NCBI GenBank assembly: GCA_003352285.1
Contig: QQVN01000003.1
Span: 392,490 to 424,489, forward strand
Length of the DNA: 32,000 nucleotides
Direction: 5' to 3'
Source of the DNA: Thermoproteota archaeon
GTDB lineage: Archaea; Thermoproteota; Nitrososphaeria; Nitrososphaerales; Nitrosopumilaceae
Every line of letters starts with the position of its first letter. The first letter of the stretch is position 1. A program made the position numbers and the translations under genes. The notes under the pieces were generated by a model. That model had not been told where the DNA came from. It saw only the letters and a program-made list of their open reading frames with translations, and ran no database searches. Shown here piece after piece: positions 1 to 8,621 of the stretch.

Positions 1-2
1 AA

Positions 3-2000
3 GAGAGAGGAATTACAATTTACCAAGCAAATGTAACATTACACTATACCCACAAAGGAACTGAATACGTCATTAACATGATTGATACTCCAGGTCACGT
101 AGACTTTAGTGGTAGAGTAGTTAGAAGCCTTCGAGCAATTGACGGTGCAGTAGTAGTATGTGATGCAGTAGAGGGAATCATGACTCAAACTGAGACCGTA
201 ACTAGAATGGCACTTGAGGAAAGAGTAAAACCAGTTTTGTTTATCAACAAAGTAGACAGGCTCATCAAGGAATTGAGATTAACTCCTGAAAAGATGCAAG
301 AGACTCTTGCAAATGTAGTATCTAACTTTAATGACCTAATTGACACCTATGCAGAACCTGATTACAAAGACAAGTGGAAGGTAAAGATTCAGGAGGCTAG
401 TGTAACATTTGGCTCTGCAAAAGACAAGTGGGCAATCAACGTTGATGTTATGAAGGAAAAAGGAATCACATTCAAAGATGTAATTGATGCTTATCAAAAT
501 GGTAAAGTAGATGAACTAGTAGCAAAAGCGCCACTAGCTGAGGCAGTACTTGGAATGGTTGTAAAACATCATCCACCACCACATGAAGCACAAAGATACA
601 GAATTCCAAAAATTTGGAAGGGTGATTTGGATTCAGATATTGGAAAGGCTTTGCTTGCATGCAAAGATGATGGTCCAACTATCATGATGGTAGTAAACAT
701 GGTACTTGACAAGGCAGCAGGACCTGTGGCAGTAGGTAGATTATTCTCTGGAACCATAAAAGATGGCCAAACAATTAACATCATTGATGCAAAACGTGAA
801 GGAAGAATTCAATCAGTAAACTTTTTCATGGGAAACCAAAGGGAACAGGTAGGTGAGCTTGGTGCAGGAAACATTCCAGCACTAATGGGACTAATTGAAG
901 CTCGTTCTGGTAATACCATATCCTCTGTTAGCGGAATCAAAATGTTTGAAGGTGTAAGCTATGTATCTGAACCAGTAGTTCAGGTTGCAGTTGAGCCAAA
1001 GCATCCAAAGGACTTACCAAAACTTGTTGAGGTGTTACGTCAACTAACCATTGAGGATCCAAACCTTGTTGTAAAAATTGATGAAGAAAGCGGTGAGACT
1101 ATCATTGCTGGAATGGGTGTACTGCACCTTGATGTTGCAACTCATCGTATTCAGGATACCAAAATTGAAATTATTACATCAGAACCCTTGATCAACTATA
1201 GAGAGACTGTCAAGGGCGCATGTGAGCCTATCATGTCAAAATCACCAAACAGACACAACAAGATTTTCATGAAAGTTGAGCCACTGGAGCCAAAGATTGG
1301 TGACATGTTACGTTCTGGCCAAATTGGTGAGATGAAAGACAAAAAGGAGATGGCAGATTTGCTCAAAGCCCAAGGGTGGGACACTGATACTATCAAGAGA
1401 ATTATGAAATTAGATTCACGTGGAAACGTTATGATTAATGGAACAAAAGGTGTCCAGTTTGTTGGCGAATCAACTGACTCTATTAACTCTGGATTTGAAG
1501 AAGTAATGAAAGAAGGTCCACTCTGTAAAGAGCAGATGAGGGACTGTAAATTCACATTTACTCACTTTGTTCCACACGAGGACACTGCACACAGAGGTCT
1601 ATCACAACTAGGACCTGCTTCACGTCGTGCATGCATGGGTGCACTACTCACTGCAGGAACTTCACTATTAGAGCCAATTTTAGCTATAGAAGTTAGAGTG
1701 CCAACTGACATGGTTGGAAACGTAGCAACTGTTCTTTCTGGAAAGAGGGGCAAAGTACTTGACATGTCACAAAAAGGCGCACTAAGTATTGTAACTGGTG
1801 AGATTCCAGCATCAGAGACCTTTACACTATCAGAAGAGATGAGAGGACAAACTGCTGGAAAAGCAATGTGGAACTCTCACTTTAAGATGTGGGCTGAGGT
1901 TCCAAAATCTAGATTATCTGAAGCAATAGTTGAGATTCGAAAGAGAAAGGGACTGGCACCCGACCCACCAACTGTTGATGAGTTTATCGATAAAGAGTAA
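3..2000 (+). CDS. fusA: Translation elongation factor 2 (aEF-2), 5' end cut off by the window edge
   Basis: The frame is open from position 3 (ERGITIYQANVTLHY... precedes the track's first Met), so the true start lies upstream of the window. It has GTPase motifs DTPGHVDF (G3) and NKVDR (G4). Near the C-terminus is the archaeal/eukaryotic HEDTAHRG loop carrying the diphthamide histidine. Confidence 0.97.
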   Translation, partial: ERGITIYQANVTLHYTHKGTEYVINMIDTPGHVDFSGRVVRSLRAIDGAVVVCDAVEGIMTQTETVTRMALEERVKPVLFINKVDRLIKELRLTPEKMQETLANVVSNFNDLIDTYAEPDYKDKWKVKIQEASVTFGSAKDKWAINVDVMKEKGITFKDVIDAYQNGKVDELVAKAPLAEAVLGMVVKHHPPPHEAQRYRIPKIWKGDLDSDIGKALLACKDDGPTIMMVVNMVLDKAAGPVAVGRLFSGTIKDGQTINIIDAKREGRIQSVNFFMGNQREQVGELGAGNIPALMGLIEARSGNTISSVSGIKMFEGVSYVSEPVVQVAVEPKHPKDLPKLVEVLRQLTIEDPNLVVKIDEESGETIIAGMGVLHLDVATHRIQDTKIEIITSEPLINYRETVKGACEPIMSKSPNRHNKIFMKVEPLEPKIGDMLRSGQIGEMKDKKEMADLLKAQGWDTDTIKRIMKLDSRGNVMINGTKGVQFVGESTDSINSGFEEVMKEGPLCKEQMRDCKFTFTHFVPHEDTAHRGLSQLGPASRRACMGALLTAGTSLLEPILAIEVRVPTDMVGNVATVLSGKRGKVLDMSQKGALSIVTGEIPASETFTLSEEMRGQTAGKAMWNSHFKMWAEVPKSRLSEAIVEIRKRKGLAPDPPTVDEFIDKE

Positions 2001-2064
2001 AAAGAGAACGACCCCCTCTTAGGCATAATTTTACGACGCATCTAGAACTAACGGACGTTATGAT

Positions 2065-3024
2065 TTGTTGGAGAATGGTTATTTTGTTGTAAATTATGTA
2101 AAATTGATGAACGTTGATAACAACTGTGTTACTGGATTTGGGATATTTTTTTACCCATTTGTATTCATAAATGATAAACCCGGTATTTTACCTAGGGCCC
2201 CACCAAAAAAATCAGGCCGGTCATATAGAAACATCGTGATAAAGAGAAAATTCAAGGATCATGTTACACTGGTAACTGATGATGGGTTTGTAGCCGTAAT
2301 TTCAGACGATAAAAAAAAGACATTAAATTATATCAACTTGATTTTTGCCACATCAATATTACACAGCATACATTATGCCAAACAGGCAACTTCTCCTGAT
2401 CTTGGACATGTTATTTTTCATAAAAATCTAAATCAAATTGAGTTTAATGCCTTAAAATTAACTGAAAGAAACTACATTGCCTTAGATAGAGATGAAGGAG
2501 GACGTTATGGTCGAATAGCTCATGCTTTTCCAAGGAATTGGATTTCTATTGAGCGAATGAATTTTGTTCTAAATCGTGCTAATAAATATAAAAAAAATAC
2601 AAAATTAGTAAACCGCCTCATATTGTTGGCTGAGGGTTGGAGTCACATATACGAATTATCCCCTTCTGCAGGTTTCATGTTCTGTTGGGTTTTCATAGAA
2701 AATTTTATTGATGAATTTTGGAAAAAACATATTGCAACTCTTTCTCGTACAAAAGTTGAAACAGATGCATTAGCAGGATTTGTCTCATGGACGGCATACA
2801 ATAAAATCGAAGTATTATCTCAAGTTGGAAAAATACCTGATTCTTCTAGAAAAGTTATCGATGAAATGAGAAAAAAGCGAAATTCATTTGTTCATGATTG
2901 GAAGCAGATAACTCAAAAAGATGCAGTTCGATGTTTTGGAATTGCAGCGTATATTCTTCTAAATCAATTTGAAAGAAAAAACCCATTTTCAGATTTAGAG
3001 AGAATTAATCAGATACCTGATTAA
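2065..3024 (+). CDS. Hypothetical protein with C-terminal HEPN-like domain (RNxxxH motif); possible Abi-type RNase
   Basis: 319-aa ORF with TTG at 2065 and the first in-frame ATG at 2107. The C-terminal region carries EMRKKRNSFVHDW, i.e. R272-N-S-F-V-H277 (nt 2878-2895). This matches the Rx4-6H / RNxxxH signature of HEPN ribonucleases. The N-terminal ~180 aa have no motif I recognise. Confidence 0.6.
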   Translation: MLENGYFVVNYVKLMNVDNNCVTGFGIFFYPFVFINDKPGILPRAPPKKSGRSYRNIVIKRKFKDHVTLVTDDGFVAVISDDKKKTLNYINLIFATSILHSIHYAKQATSPDLGHVIFHKNLNQIEFNALKLTERNYIALDRDEGGRYGRIAHAFPRNWISIERMNFVLNRANKYKKNTKLVNRLILLAEGWSHIYELSPSAGFMFCWVFIENFIDEFWKKHIATLSRTKVETDALAGFVSWTAYNKIEVLSQVGKIPDSSRKVIDEMRKKRNSFVHDWKQITQKDAVRCFGIAAYILLNQFERKNPFSDLERINQIPD

Positions 3025-3057
3025 GAATAAGATTAACTTATGTAAGAATTTATCATA

Positions 3058-3294
3058 ATGACAAAAGCAAAAGCAATCAAAATCCTACAAGAGTATTCAG
3101 ACCACCTAGAACGCTCATTTATCAGATGGAATGAAAATCCCTTTGAATATACTGACCCCACTCTAAAGGACATTAATCAAACTCTGGGTAAAATACTAGA
3201 AAGAGACTATCTGTTAATCAAAGCAGTTCTAAAAGAGTTACAACCATCTACAAAAAAGAGAAAAGTAAAAAATTCTATTCCAAAAAAGAATTAA
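3058..3294 (+). CDS. Hypothetical small protein (78 aa, lysine-rich tail)
   Basis: ATG-initiated ORF 33 nt downstream of the HEPN-motif gene on the same strand. No recognisable motif. Its stop codon overlaps the stop of the convergent mrr gene (TTAA at 3291-3294). Confidence 0.4.
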   Translation: MTKAKAIKILQEYSDHLERSFIRWNENPFEYTDPTLKDINQTLGKILERDYLLIKAVLKELQPSTKKRKVKNSIPKKN

Positions 3295-4196
3295 CTCTCA
3301 AAATAATCTTCATCTATTTTTTTAAGACTATATGTTTCTGCAGTTTGTACACCAACATCATAGTCAATCATGTATTGTGTTAGTTGGTCTCCATTAATCA
3401 GGACAATCTTTGCATCTGGTGTCTTTACATATTCATAGGCATCTGATGAAAAATCAGATGTTGTAATGAAAATTCCTTTTTTAGATTTTTTCCCTAAGAG
3501 TGCGCCTCCGAAATCTCTTACTTGGTGTATTGGAACAGTATTCTTCCAGCGTTTTGCTTGAAAATAAATTTCATCCAAACCCAATTTGTCTTCTTTAATT
3601 ACTCCATCAATTCCTCCATCCCCTGTTCTTCCTAGTACCTTGTGATCGATTCCATAACCCATCTTTCTTATCAATTCTAAAACTAGTCTTTCAAAAAACT
3701 GTGGAGAGTTATTCTCTAATCTATCCAGTAATTCTTTTTGTAAATTTGCTCTAAGTTCTTGATATCCTTCTATGATTAGATCCTCTGGTGTATATCCTGC
3801 AAAATTTTCTCCATATTGGACCATGGGCCTTTCAATTTCAGGTGACTTCTTTTTAGAGTAAAATTCAACAAAGGGCTGAAACTGCATCAAAAATTTAATA
3901 TCAATTCGTTGAGGGTTTGTTTTTGCAACTTCTATGCCTTGAGAGGTAATTTTTGTATGTCCTCGTCTTGGATCTTCAAGTAGTCCTGCTTTTTTCAGAT
4001 AAAATCTAGCCCATCGCATTCTATTTTGAAAGATTGTTTCATGTGAACTACTTGGTTTTAGTTGATTTCGTTCTTCTTCAGATAAATCAAAGTGCTGAAT
4101 TAGTTTATTTTCAATATCTGTCATTGCATATTCTTTACCATCTTTTACAGTATTCAGTAATGGGGCCATTATGGTTTCAAAATCAGGAATATCCAT
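3291..4196 (-). CDS. mrr: Mrr-family type IV restriction endonuclease (Mrr_N winged helix + Mrr_cat PD-(D/E)xK domain)
   Basis: The N-terminus (IMAPLLNTVKDGKEY...QNRMRWARFYLKKAGLLE) looks like the Mrr N-terminal wHTH. The C-terminus has FERLVLELIRKMGY...GDGGIDGVI...EIYFQAKRW...KGIFITTSDFS, the characteristic Mrr catalytic-core pattern. Confidence 0.88.
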   Translation of the reverse strand: MDIPDFETIMAPLLNTVKDGKEYAMTDIENKLIQHFDLSEEERNQLKPSSSHETIFQNRMRWARFYLKKAGLLEDPRRGHTKITSQGIEVAKTNPQRIDIKFLMQFQPFVEFYSKKKSPEIERPMVQYGENFAGYTPEDLIIEGYQELRANLQKELLDRLENNSPQFFERLVLELIRKMGYGIDHKVLGRTGDGGIDGVIKEDKLGLDEIYFQAKRWKNTVPIHQVRDFGGALLGKKSKKGIFITTSDFSSDAYEYVKTPDAKIVLINGDQLTQYMIDYDVGVQTAETYSLKKIDEDYFES

Positions 4197-4291
4197 GTAT
4201 GAAAAATAAGGTTTGAGGATAAATCTATTTTTGCTATAATCTTAGCCTGCTTTTGGAAAATCTTATTTTCATACCTTCCTAGGATAGAATT

Positions 4292-4627
4292 ATGGGATAT
4301 GGACGCAAACCTAGACGACATTCTAATCGGGATTATCGTAAAGGACGTGCAAAGCCAAAACTAGCAGTAATTGGAGCCATAGTACTAGGAATTGGAATTT
4401 TGGTAATGTTGTATGGTTCAAGTTTTGTAGACTTTGAGAAACGTATGCTAATTGGAGTTGCTACCATTCCTACGGGAGTAATCATGTTGTTACTTAGTAT
4501 GAGAAAAAAGGATCAAATCAGATTTGCAAAAGGAATGGAGAGAGCATCAGATGTATTCAAAGATGATTGCCAGTGTTGTAAATGTCAGAATTGTGGGAGA
4601 GACCACAATCATTGGGTACATGACTGA
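4292..4627 (+). CDS. Small membrane protein with basic N-terminus, two TM helices and a Cys/His-rich tail
   Basis: 111 aa. It starts MGYGRKPRRHSNRDYRKGRAKPK and has two hydrophobic helices (LAVIGAIVLGIGILVMLYG; IGVATIPTGVIMLLLSM). The C-terminus is DDCQCCKCQNCGRDHNHWVHD. No family recognised. Confidence 0.55.
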   Translation: MGYGRKPRRHSNRDYRKGRAKPKLAVIGAIVLGIGILVMLYGSSFVDFEKRMLIGVATIPTGVIMLLLSMRKKDQIRFAKGMERASDVFKDDCQCCKCQNCGRDHNHWVHD

Positions 4628-4676
4628 AAAAATAATTACATTTTCTAAAAATTCAAAATTAATTGATTTTTTGTAT

Positions 4677-6497
4677 CTATTGCTCGTCGCTGTGTGCACC
4701 CTCATTAATGATACGCTGAAGATCCCTATCTAGTAATTTTTGATTTTCGTTTATGCTTCGAAGGGTTCCCGTTAAACCATCAGTTGTCCACACGTAATCT
4801 TGTTCCATTGAAAAGAACAAAGACGAATAATTCTTACAAAGATTTACTAAATTAACTCCTAGAACCGGATCATCAAAATCATTCTCAATTTTTGAAACGA
4901 ATCTGGTAATGTTTTGAGCGAAAAATGTTATTGAATCCCCATTATTTTTTGAATTCCTAATAATATCGGCTTTTAGTTTTGGATTTGGATTTTTCTGATA
5001 ATCTTTTATCCACATTTCCAGAGCATCGTATCTCTGTTTAATGCTAGATAGATCTTCGTAGATTAAATTTCCAAAACGTGTTTTACGTTTCTTAATACGT
5101 TGGTTTTCTTCCTGAATGAATCCTCGTACTTCTTTTATCAGATTCTGTTGGTTTTTCTCTATTGTCTTAATTTCAGCGACGGCATCTTTGGTATTAGTGA
5201 TCAAAGTGTTTGTTTTATTTGCTAATTTTGTAATCTCTATTTGCTGTCTTGCAATTTTTGTGTTTTTAGAATCATCTAAAATTTTAATTGTCATTGCAAT
5301 CATTACGCCTATTGCAATTTCTACTATCATTGTGCCCCAATTACTTAAATCAGTACTTTCAGAAAAATCCCAGCCGGGTTGGATTATGGGAATAATAAGA
5401 ACAGATAAGGAAATCACCGCAAAGCCTGAATAAACTACCATGAAAATTTTTGAAGTGATTATTTTTTTCCCTAGCTTATCTTTTTTTGTGGGATCTTTTT
5501 CAACTGCTTCTTTACGTTCGTCTTCTACGGTTTTACGATAATTAAAAAATATTGTGATACTAACAGTTGAAATTATTGCGACTAAAAGTAGACTAATAGC
5601 TGCATATAGTTGAAACATTTGAATGTCATTTATCTTGTCTTGAACATATTCAGCACCGTTTTTTACAGATAAATTTTCTGGATCTTGTTTTAGTACGTCA
5701 TTGTAAAAACCCAGAGATTTTCTATAGTACTCAATATCGTTGCTTTCATCCCCTTTATCTGAATACACTTTACCTAAATTCTTTAAAACACCTACGTTGT
5801 TTGGATCTTTTTGAAATCCTTGCAACAAATATTTTTCAGCATTTTCAAAATCTCGTTCCAATCCGTATGAAATCCCTAGTTGTGTAAAATACTTGATATC
5901 AGTATTATCTGAGACCGTGATTTTTTCTAAAAATGATCTGGCTTCTATTGGTCTGTTTTTATCATTAAGCAACTTAGCAGTAGTTAAGAAAAGATTGTCA
6001 ATGTTATTGCCTTTTTTTATGAGAGCATTAGCTTCACGTAAAACCTCTTCTGGGTCATCACCTGCCATAACGCGGGCAGACAATAAATTGGAATGAGCAA
6101 CAATATTATCTGGATCCAAATTATGAGCTATTGCAGACTGTATTTTTGCAGCCGCATAATCACCATGAACAAAGTGGAGTGCTGCTAGATTTCCTATCAA
6201 TACAGAATCATTAGGAAAATCCAGAACAGCTTTCACCAAGCAGTCTTCTGCATCGTCTAATTGCTTTAATTCTAACAGATATGCGCATTCATTGGTTCTC
6301 TCCTCTTTGTGAAGTGGATTATCATTCAACAACTGTCTCGTATGATTTAATGCAATTTCAATTTCTTCAGACGAACCTGTCAGAATATCTGAGGTGTATT
6401 CTGAATAATCTTCAGAATACTGGGAATAAACTACTGAAAACGGAGATAACGAAAAAACGACTAGAATGAACATCACATAACATAGTATTATTTTCAT
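4677..6497 (-). CDS. Signal-peptide / TPR-repeat / 3-TM / coiled-coil protein of unknown function
   Basis: 606 aa with an N-terminal hydrophobic leader (MKIILCYVMFILVVFSLSPFSVVYSQ). At least three TPR-like units are present, e.g. GNLAALHFVHGDYAAAKIQSAIAHNLDPDN, FTQLGISYGLERDFENAEKYLLQGFQKDPNN and LKNLGKVYSDKGD...VLKQDPEN. Hydrophobic helices lie at about aa 295-318, 351-372 and 388-406. The last ~200 aa form a heptad-rich and unrecognised C-terminal region. Confidence 0.8.
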   Translation of the reverse strand: MKIILCYVMFILVVFSLSPFSVVYSQYSEDYSEYTSDILTGSSEEIEIALNHTRQLLNDNPLHKEERTNECAYLLELKQLDDAEDCLVKAVLDFPNDSVLIGNLAALHFVHGDYAAAKIQSAIAHNLDPDNIVAHSNLLSARVMAGDDPEEVLREANALIKKGNNIDNLFLTTAKLLNDKNRPIEARSFLEKITVSDNTDIKYFTQLGISYGLERDFENAEKYLLQGFQKDPNNVGVLKNLGKVYSDKGDESNDIEYYRKSLGFYNDVLKQDPENLSVKNGAEYVQDKINDIQMFQLYAAISLLLVAIISTVSITIFFNYRKTVEDERKEAVEKDPTKKDKLGKKIITSKIFMVVYSGFAVISLSVLIIPIIQPGWDFSESTDLSNWGTMIVEIAIGVMIAMTIKILDDSKNTKIARQQIEITKLANKTNTLITNTKDAVAEIKTIEKNQQNLIKEVRGFIQEENQRIKKRKTRFGNLIYEDLSSIKQRYDALEMWIKDYQKNPNPKLKADIIRNSKNNGDSITFFAQNITRFVSKIENDFDDPVLGVNLVNLCKNYSSLFFSMEQDYVWTTDGLTGTLRSINENQKLLDRDLQRIINEGAHSDEQ

Positions 6498-6643
6498 ATT
6501 TTTTTCAACATGTAGTTAAATTTAAACCGCTTTACTATCTTTTGGAAAAGATACGAATAATATATTGATATTATTTTCAAAAATTAATTGTATCGGTAAA
6601 GCATTACAGAAAAATATAATATTTTCACAACATCTTGTAATTC
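6498..6643. promoter_or_regulatory. Divergent promoter spacer between the TPR/TM gene and the OLD-type nuclease gene
   Basis: 146-bp AT-rich spacer. A TATA-like AAATATAATA at 6612-6621 is centred about 28 nt upstream of the ATG at 6644, a spacing consistent with a leaderless archaeal mRNA. A perfect 8-bp inverted repeat AATAATAT-attg-ATATTATT lies at 6556-6575. Such repeats can arise by chance in AT-rich DNA. Confidence 0.35.
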
Positions 6644-8449
6644 ATGAATTTAGTATCTATTAAGATTTCAAATATGCTGAGTTTTGAATATCATGAAAAT
6701 ATTGACGAATGTGAGGAAATTAAATTCAAAGATGGTATAAACACACTAATTGCGCCAAATGGATCAGGAAAAAGTAATTTTCTTGAAATTGTGAACAAGT
6801 TTATCAATTATGGGCTAATTCAGCAAGCTAGTTATTCTGAAGCAAGTATTCAAAGCTATAAAATTAAGGGTGGACCACCCGATTTTACAAATACTATTCA
6901 ACTGGAAGATCTAGAAGTTAGAATCGCAAAGAATCGATATGCAACTTCAGATGCACAAAAGATTAAGGCAACAATAGGATTAAGCAATAGCGATAAAGAT
7001 AATCTTCGGTTTATTCATCAACATGCTTCAGAAATAAATTCACTTTGTGAAAAATACTGTAAAAAATTTCCTACTTTCCCAAATATTTCTGAGCAAGAGC
7101 TAATGCAGATTGATTCTATTACGGTAGAATTTGAATCATCTAATCCTCCACGCAAATTATCTATTACATCGAGACATAACGGAGCAGAACTTTTTGTTCT
7201 TTTCTATATCCAGTTCTTTAGTTTACTACAAAATCTAATTCATATTGCAAACAGAGAAGAGGCAAAAGGATGGACTCTTTTCAAAAATACATTCGCACTA
7301 CTGAATAGCCAAAGAAATTACAATCAAATCGAGTCCATCTTTAAAGTTGGAGGAGATGAATCTAGTGAAATTAACAGTGCAAAATTAGCTCTTAGCAGAG
7401 CAAACCTTCTGGAGTCAGAACAGCAAGAACCATACATCTTCATGTATGTAAGAAAGAGATTAGGTTTTGCCTTTCACCACATGTTAGAAGAAATCGGCAG
7501 TAAACAATTTACTGAATCAGGAACCGATCCTATAGATGCATTCGATGATGAGTTATTTGTAAAAATCAATACGCTTTTGAAAAAGACTTTGGGAATGAGA
7601 CTGCATATTAAAAAAACAAGCCCAAACAGCTTAGATTATGTTTTTTCTTATCGATATTTCGATACAGGCCAACAAGTATCAGTTCAAGAATTAAGTTCAG
7701 GTGAAAGAGGATTGATCCATTTTATTTTTAGTATTTTTGGAAATGATCTTGAAAATGGGCAAATGATATTAGATGAACCGGAAATTCACTTACACCCACA
7801 ATTACAGGAAACTTGTCTTGAGATTATGTTAGAATCTGCCAAATTACAAACTATGCAATTCATCATTGCGACACATTCACCAGTGTTTGTAAATTCTAAA
7901 ACTATAATGGGCGTTCAGCGATTTTATAAAAAAGATGAGAAATTTACTAAAACTATCTTACCTCAACTGACTAATGATAACCATGATCTTGTAAGGTACT
8001 TGGATTTTACACGAGCTACAAAAATTCTGTTTAATACTAAGGTGGTACTAGTGGAAGGAGATTCGGATGAATACTGTTACAAATTTTTATTTGAAAAATT
8101 TAGAGAAAGTAAATCCAATTTGAAAAAAATTGAGTTTATTCACATTATTGGGAAAAACTACTACAGTAAATGGAAGTTATTTTTTGATAGCTGGAAAATA
8201 AAATGTTATTTCATTAGAGATAATGATAATTTTGGGGGAAGCGTGGTAGATATAGAAACAAAATACACTTCTGGTATTTTTATCTTAAAACAAGGTGATT
8301 TGGAAACTTACATTGGAAATGAAAAAAACAATAAACTAGAAAATGCCATAGATTTTTGCCAAAATCGATACAACGACTGGTTAGATGATTCTGAATACGA
8401 AGATAAAAGGGAGGAAATCAAAACAATAATGGAAAAAATAATGTCGTAA
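6644..8449 (+). CDS. OLD-family (OLD/PARIS-like) ABC-type ATPase fused to a Toprim nuclease domain
   Basis: 601 aa. Motifs: Walker A APNGSGKS (nt 6752-6775); ABC signature-like LSSGERG; Walker B MILDEPEIHLHP (D377/E378); H-loop IIATHSP. The C-terminal Toprim (about nt 8042-8311) has VVLVEGDSDE and a DxD element in FIRDNDNFGG. No adjacent UvrD-like helicase, reverse transcriptase or HNH gene. Confidence 0.85.
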   Translation: MNLVSIKISNMLSFEYHENIDECEEIKFKDGINTLIAPNGSGKSNFLEIVNKFINYGLIQQASYSEASIQSYKIKGGPPDFTNTIQLEDLEVRIAKNRYATSDAQKIKATIGLSNSDKDNLRFIHQHASEINSLCEKYCKKFPTFPNISEQELMQIDSITVEFESSNPPRKLSITSRHNGAELFVLFYIQFFSLLQNLIHIANREEAKGWTLFKNTFALLNSQRNYNQIESIFKVGGDESSEINSAKLALSRANLLESEQQEPYIFMYVRKRLGFAFHHMLEEIGSKQFTESGTDPIDAFDDELFVKINTLLKKTLGMRLHIKKTSPNSLDYVFSYRYFDTGQQVSVQELSSGERGLIHFIFSIFGNDLENGQMILDEPEIHLHPQLQETCLEIMLESAKLQTMQFIIATHSPVFVNSKTIMGVQRFYKKDEKFTKTILPQLTNDNHDLVRYLDFTRATKILFNTKVVLVEGDSDEYCYKFLFEKFRESKSNLKKIEFIHIIGKNYYSKWKLFFDSWKIKCYFIRDNDNFGGSVVDIETKYTSGIFILKQGDLETYIGNEKNNKLENAIDFCQNRYNDWLDDSEYEDKREEIKTIMEKIMS

Positions 8450-8621
8450 TTAAATAAAAATTTTCTAAATTTTCATCAAATGCAAATTCAATTATCATAA
8501 TTTTTGTGAGTGGTATCTTTGAATGTTCATTTTTTATTAATTAAATTCCAAATTTGTATTCATAGTATTCTCATCAAATTCTTCACTGAGGAATAATGAT
8601 GTTGAGATTCTTGTATTTTCT

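Noticed and set aside
472-1765. Four minus-strand ORFs (472-678, 569-784, 1196-1555, 1562-1765) inside the aEF-2 gene
   Set aside because: They are antisense to a strongly supported conserved CDS. Their products are low-complexity or odd in composition with no motifs. They are typical shadow ORFs.
4524-4733. 69-aa plus-strand ORF overlapping the end of the Cys-rich membrane gene and the 3' end of the TPR gene
   Set aside because: It overlaps two better-supported genes in other frames and strands. It has no motif and looks like an alternative-frame artefact.
5116-6469. Plus-strand ORFs 5116-5433, 5893-6096 and 6281-6469
   Set aside because: All lie antisense within the 606-aa TPR/TM gene, whose repeat and TM structure is coherent. 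The hydrophobic look of 5116-5433 simply mirrors the TM-coding region on the other strand.
4250-6549. Shared 11-mer CTTTTGGAAAA at 4250-4260 and 6539-6549, both in island promoter regions
   Set aside because: Dozens of 11-mer coincidences are expected by chance in 32 kb of biased composition. Flanking bases do not match.
6644-8449. Classifying the OLD-type gene as Gabija GajA, a retron-associated OLD or Septu PtuA
   Set aside because: No UvrD-like helicase (GajB), reverse transcriptase/msr-msd or HNH (PtuB) gene lies within several kb on either side. A fused PARIS-like or class 1 OLD remains possible and cannot be resolved without profile searches.
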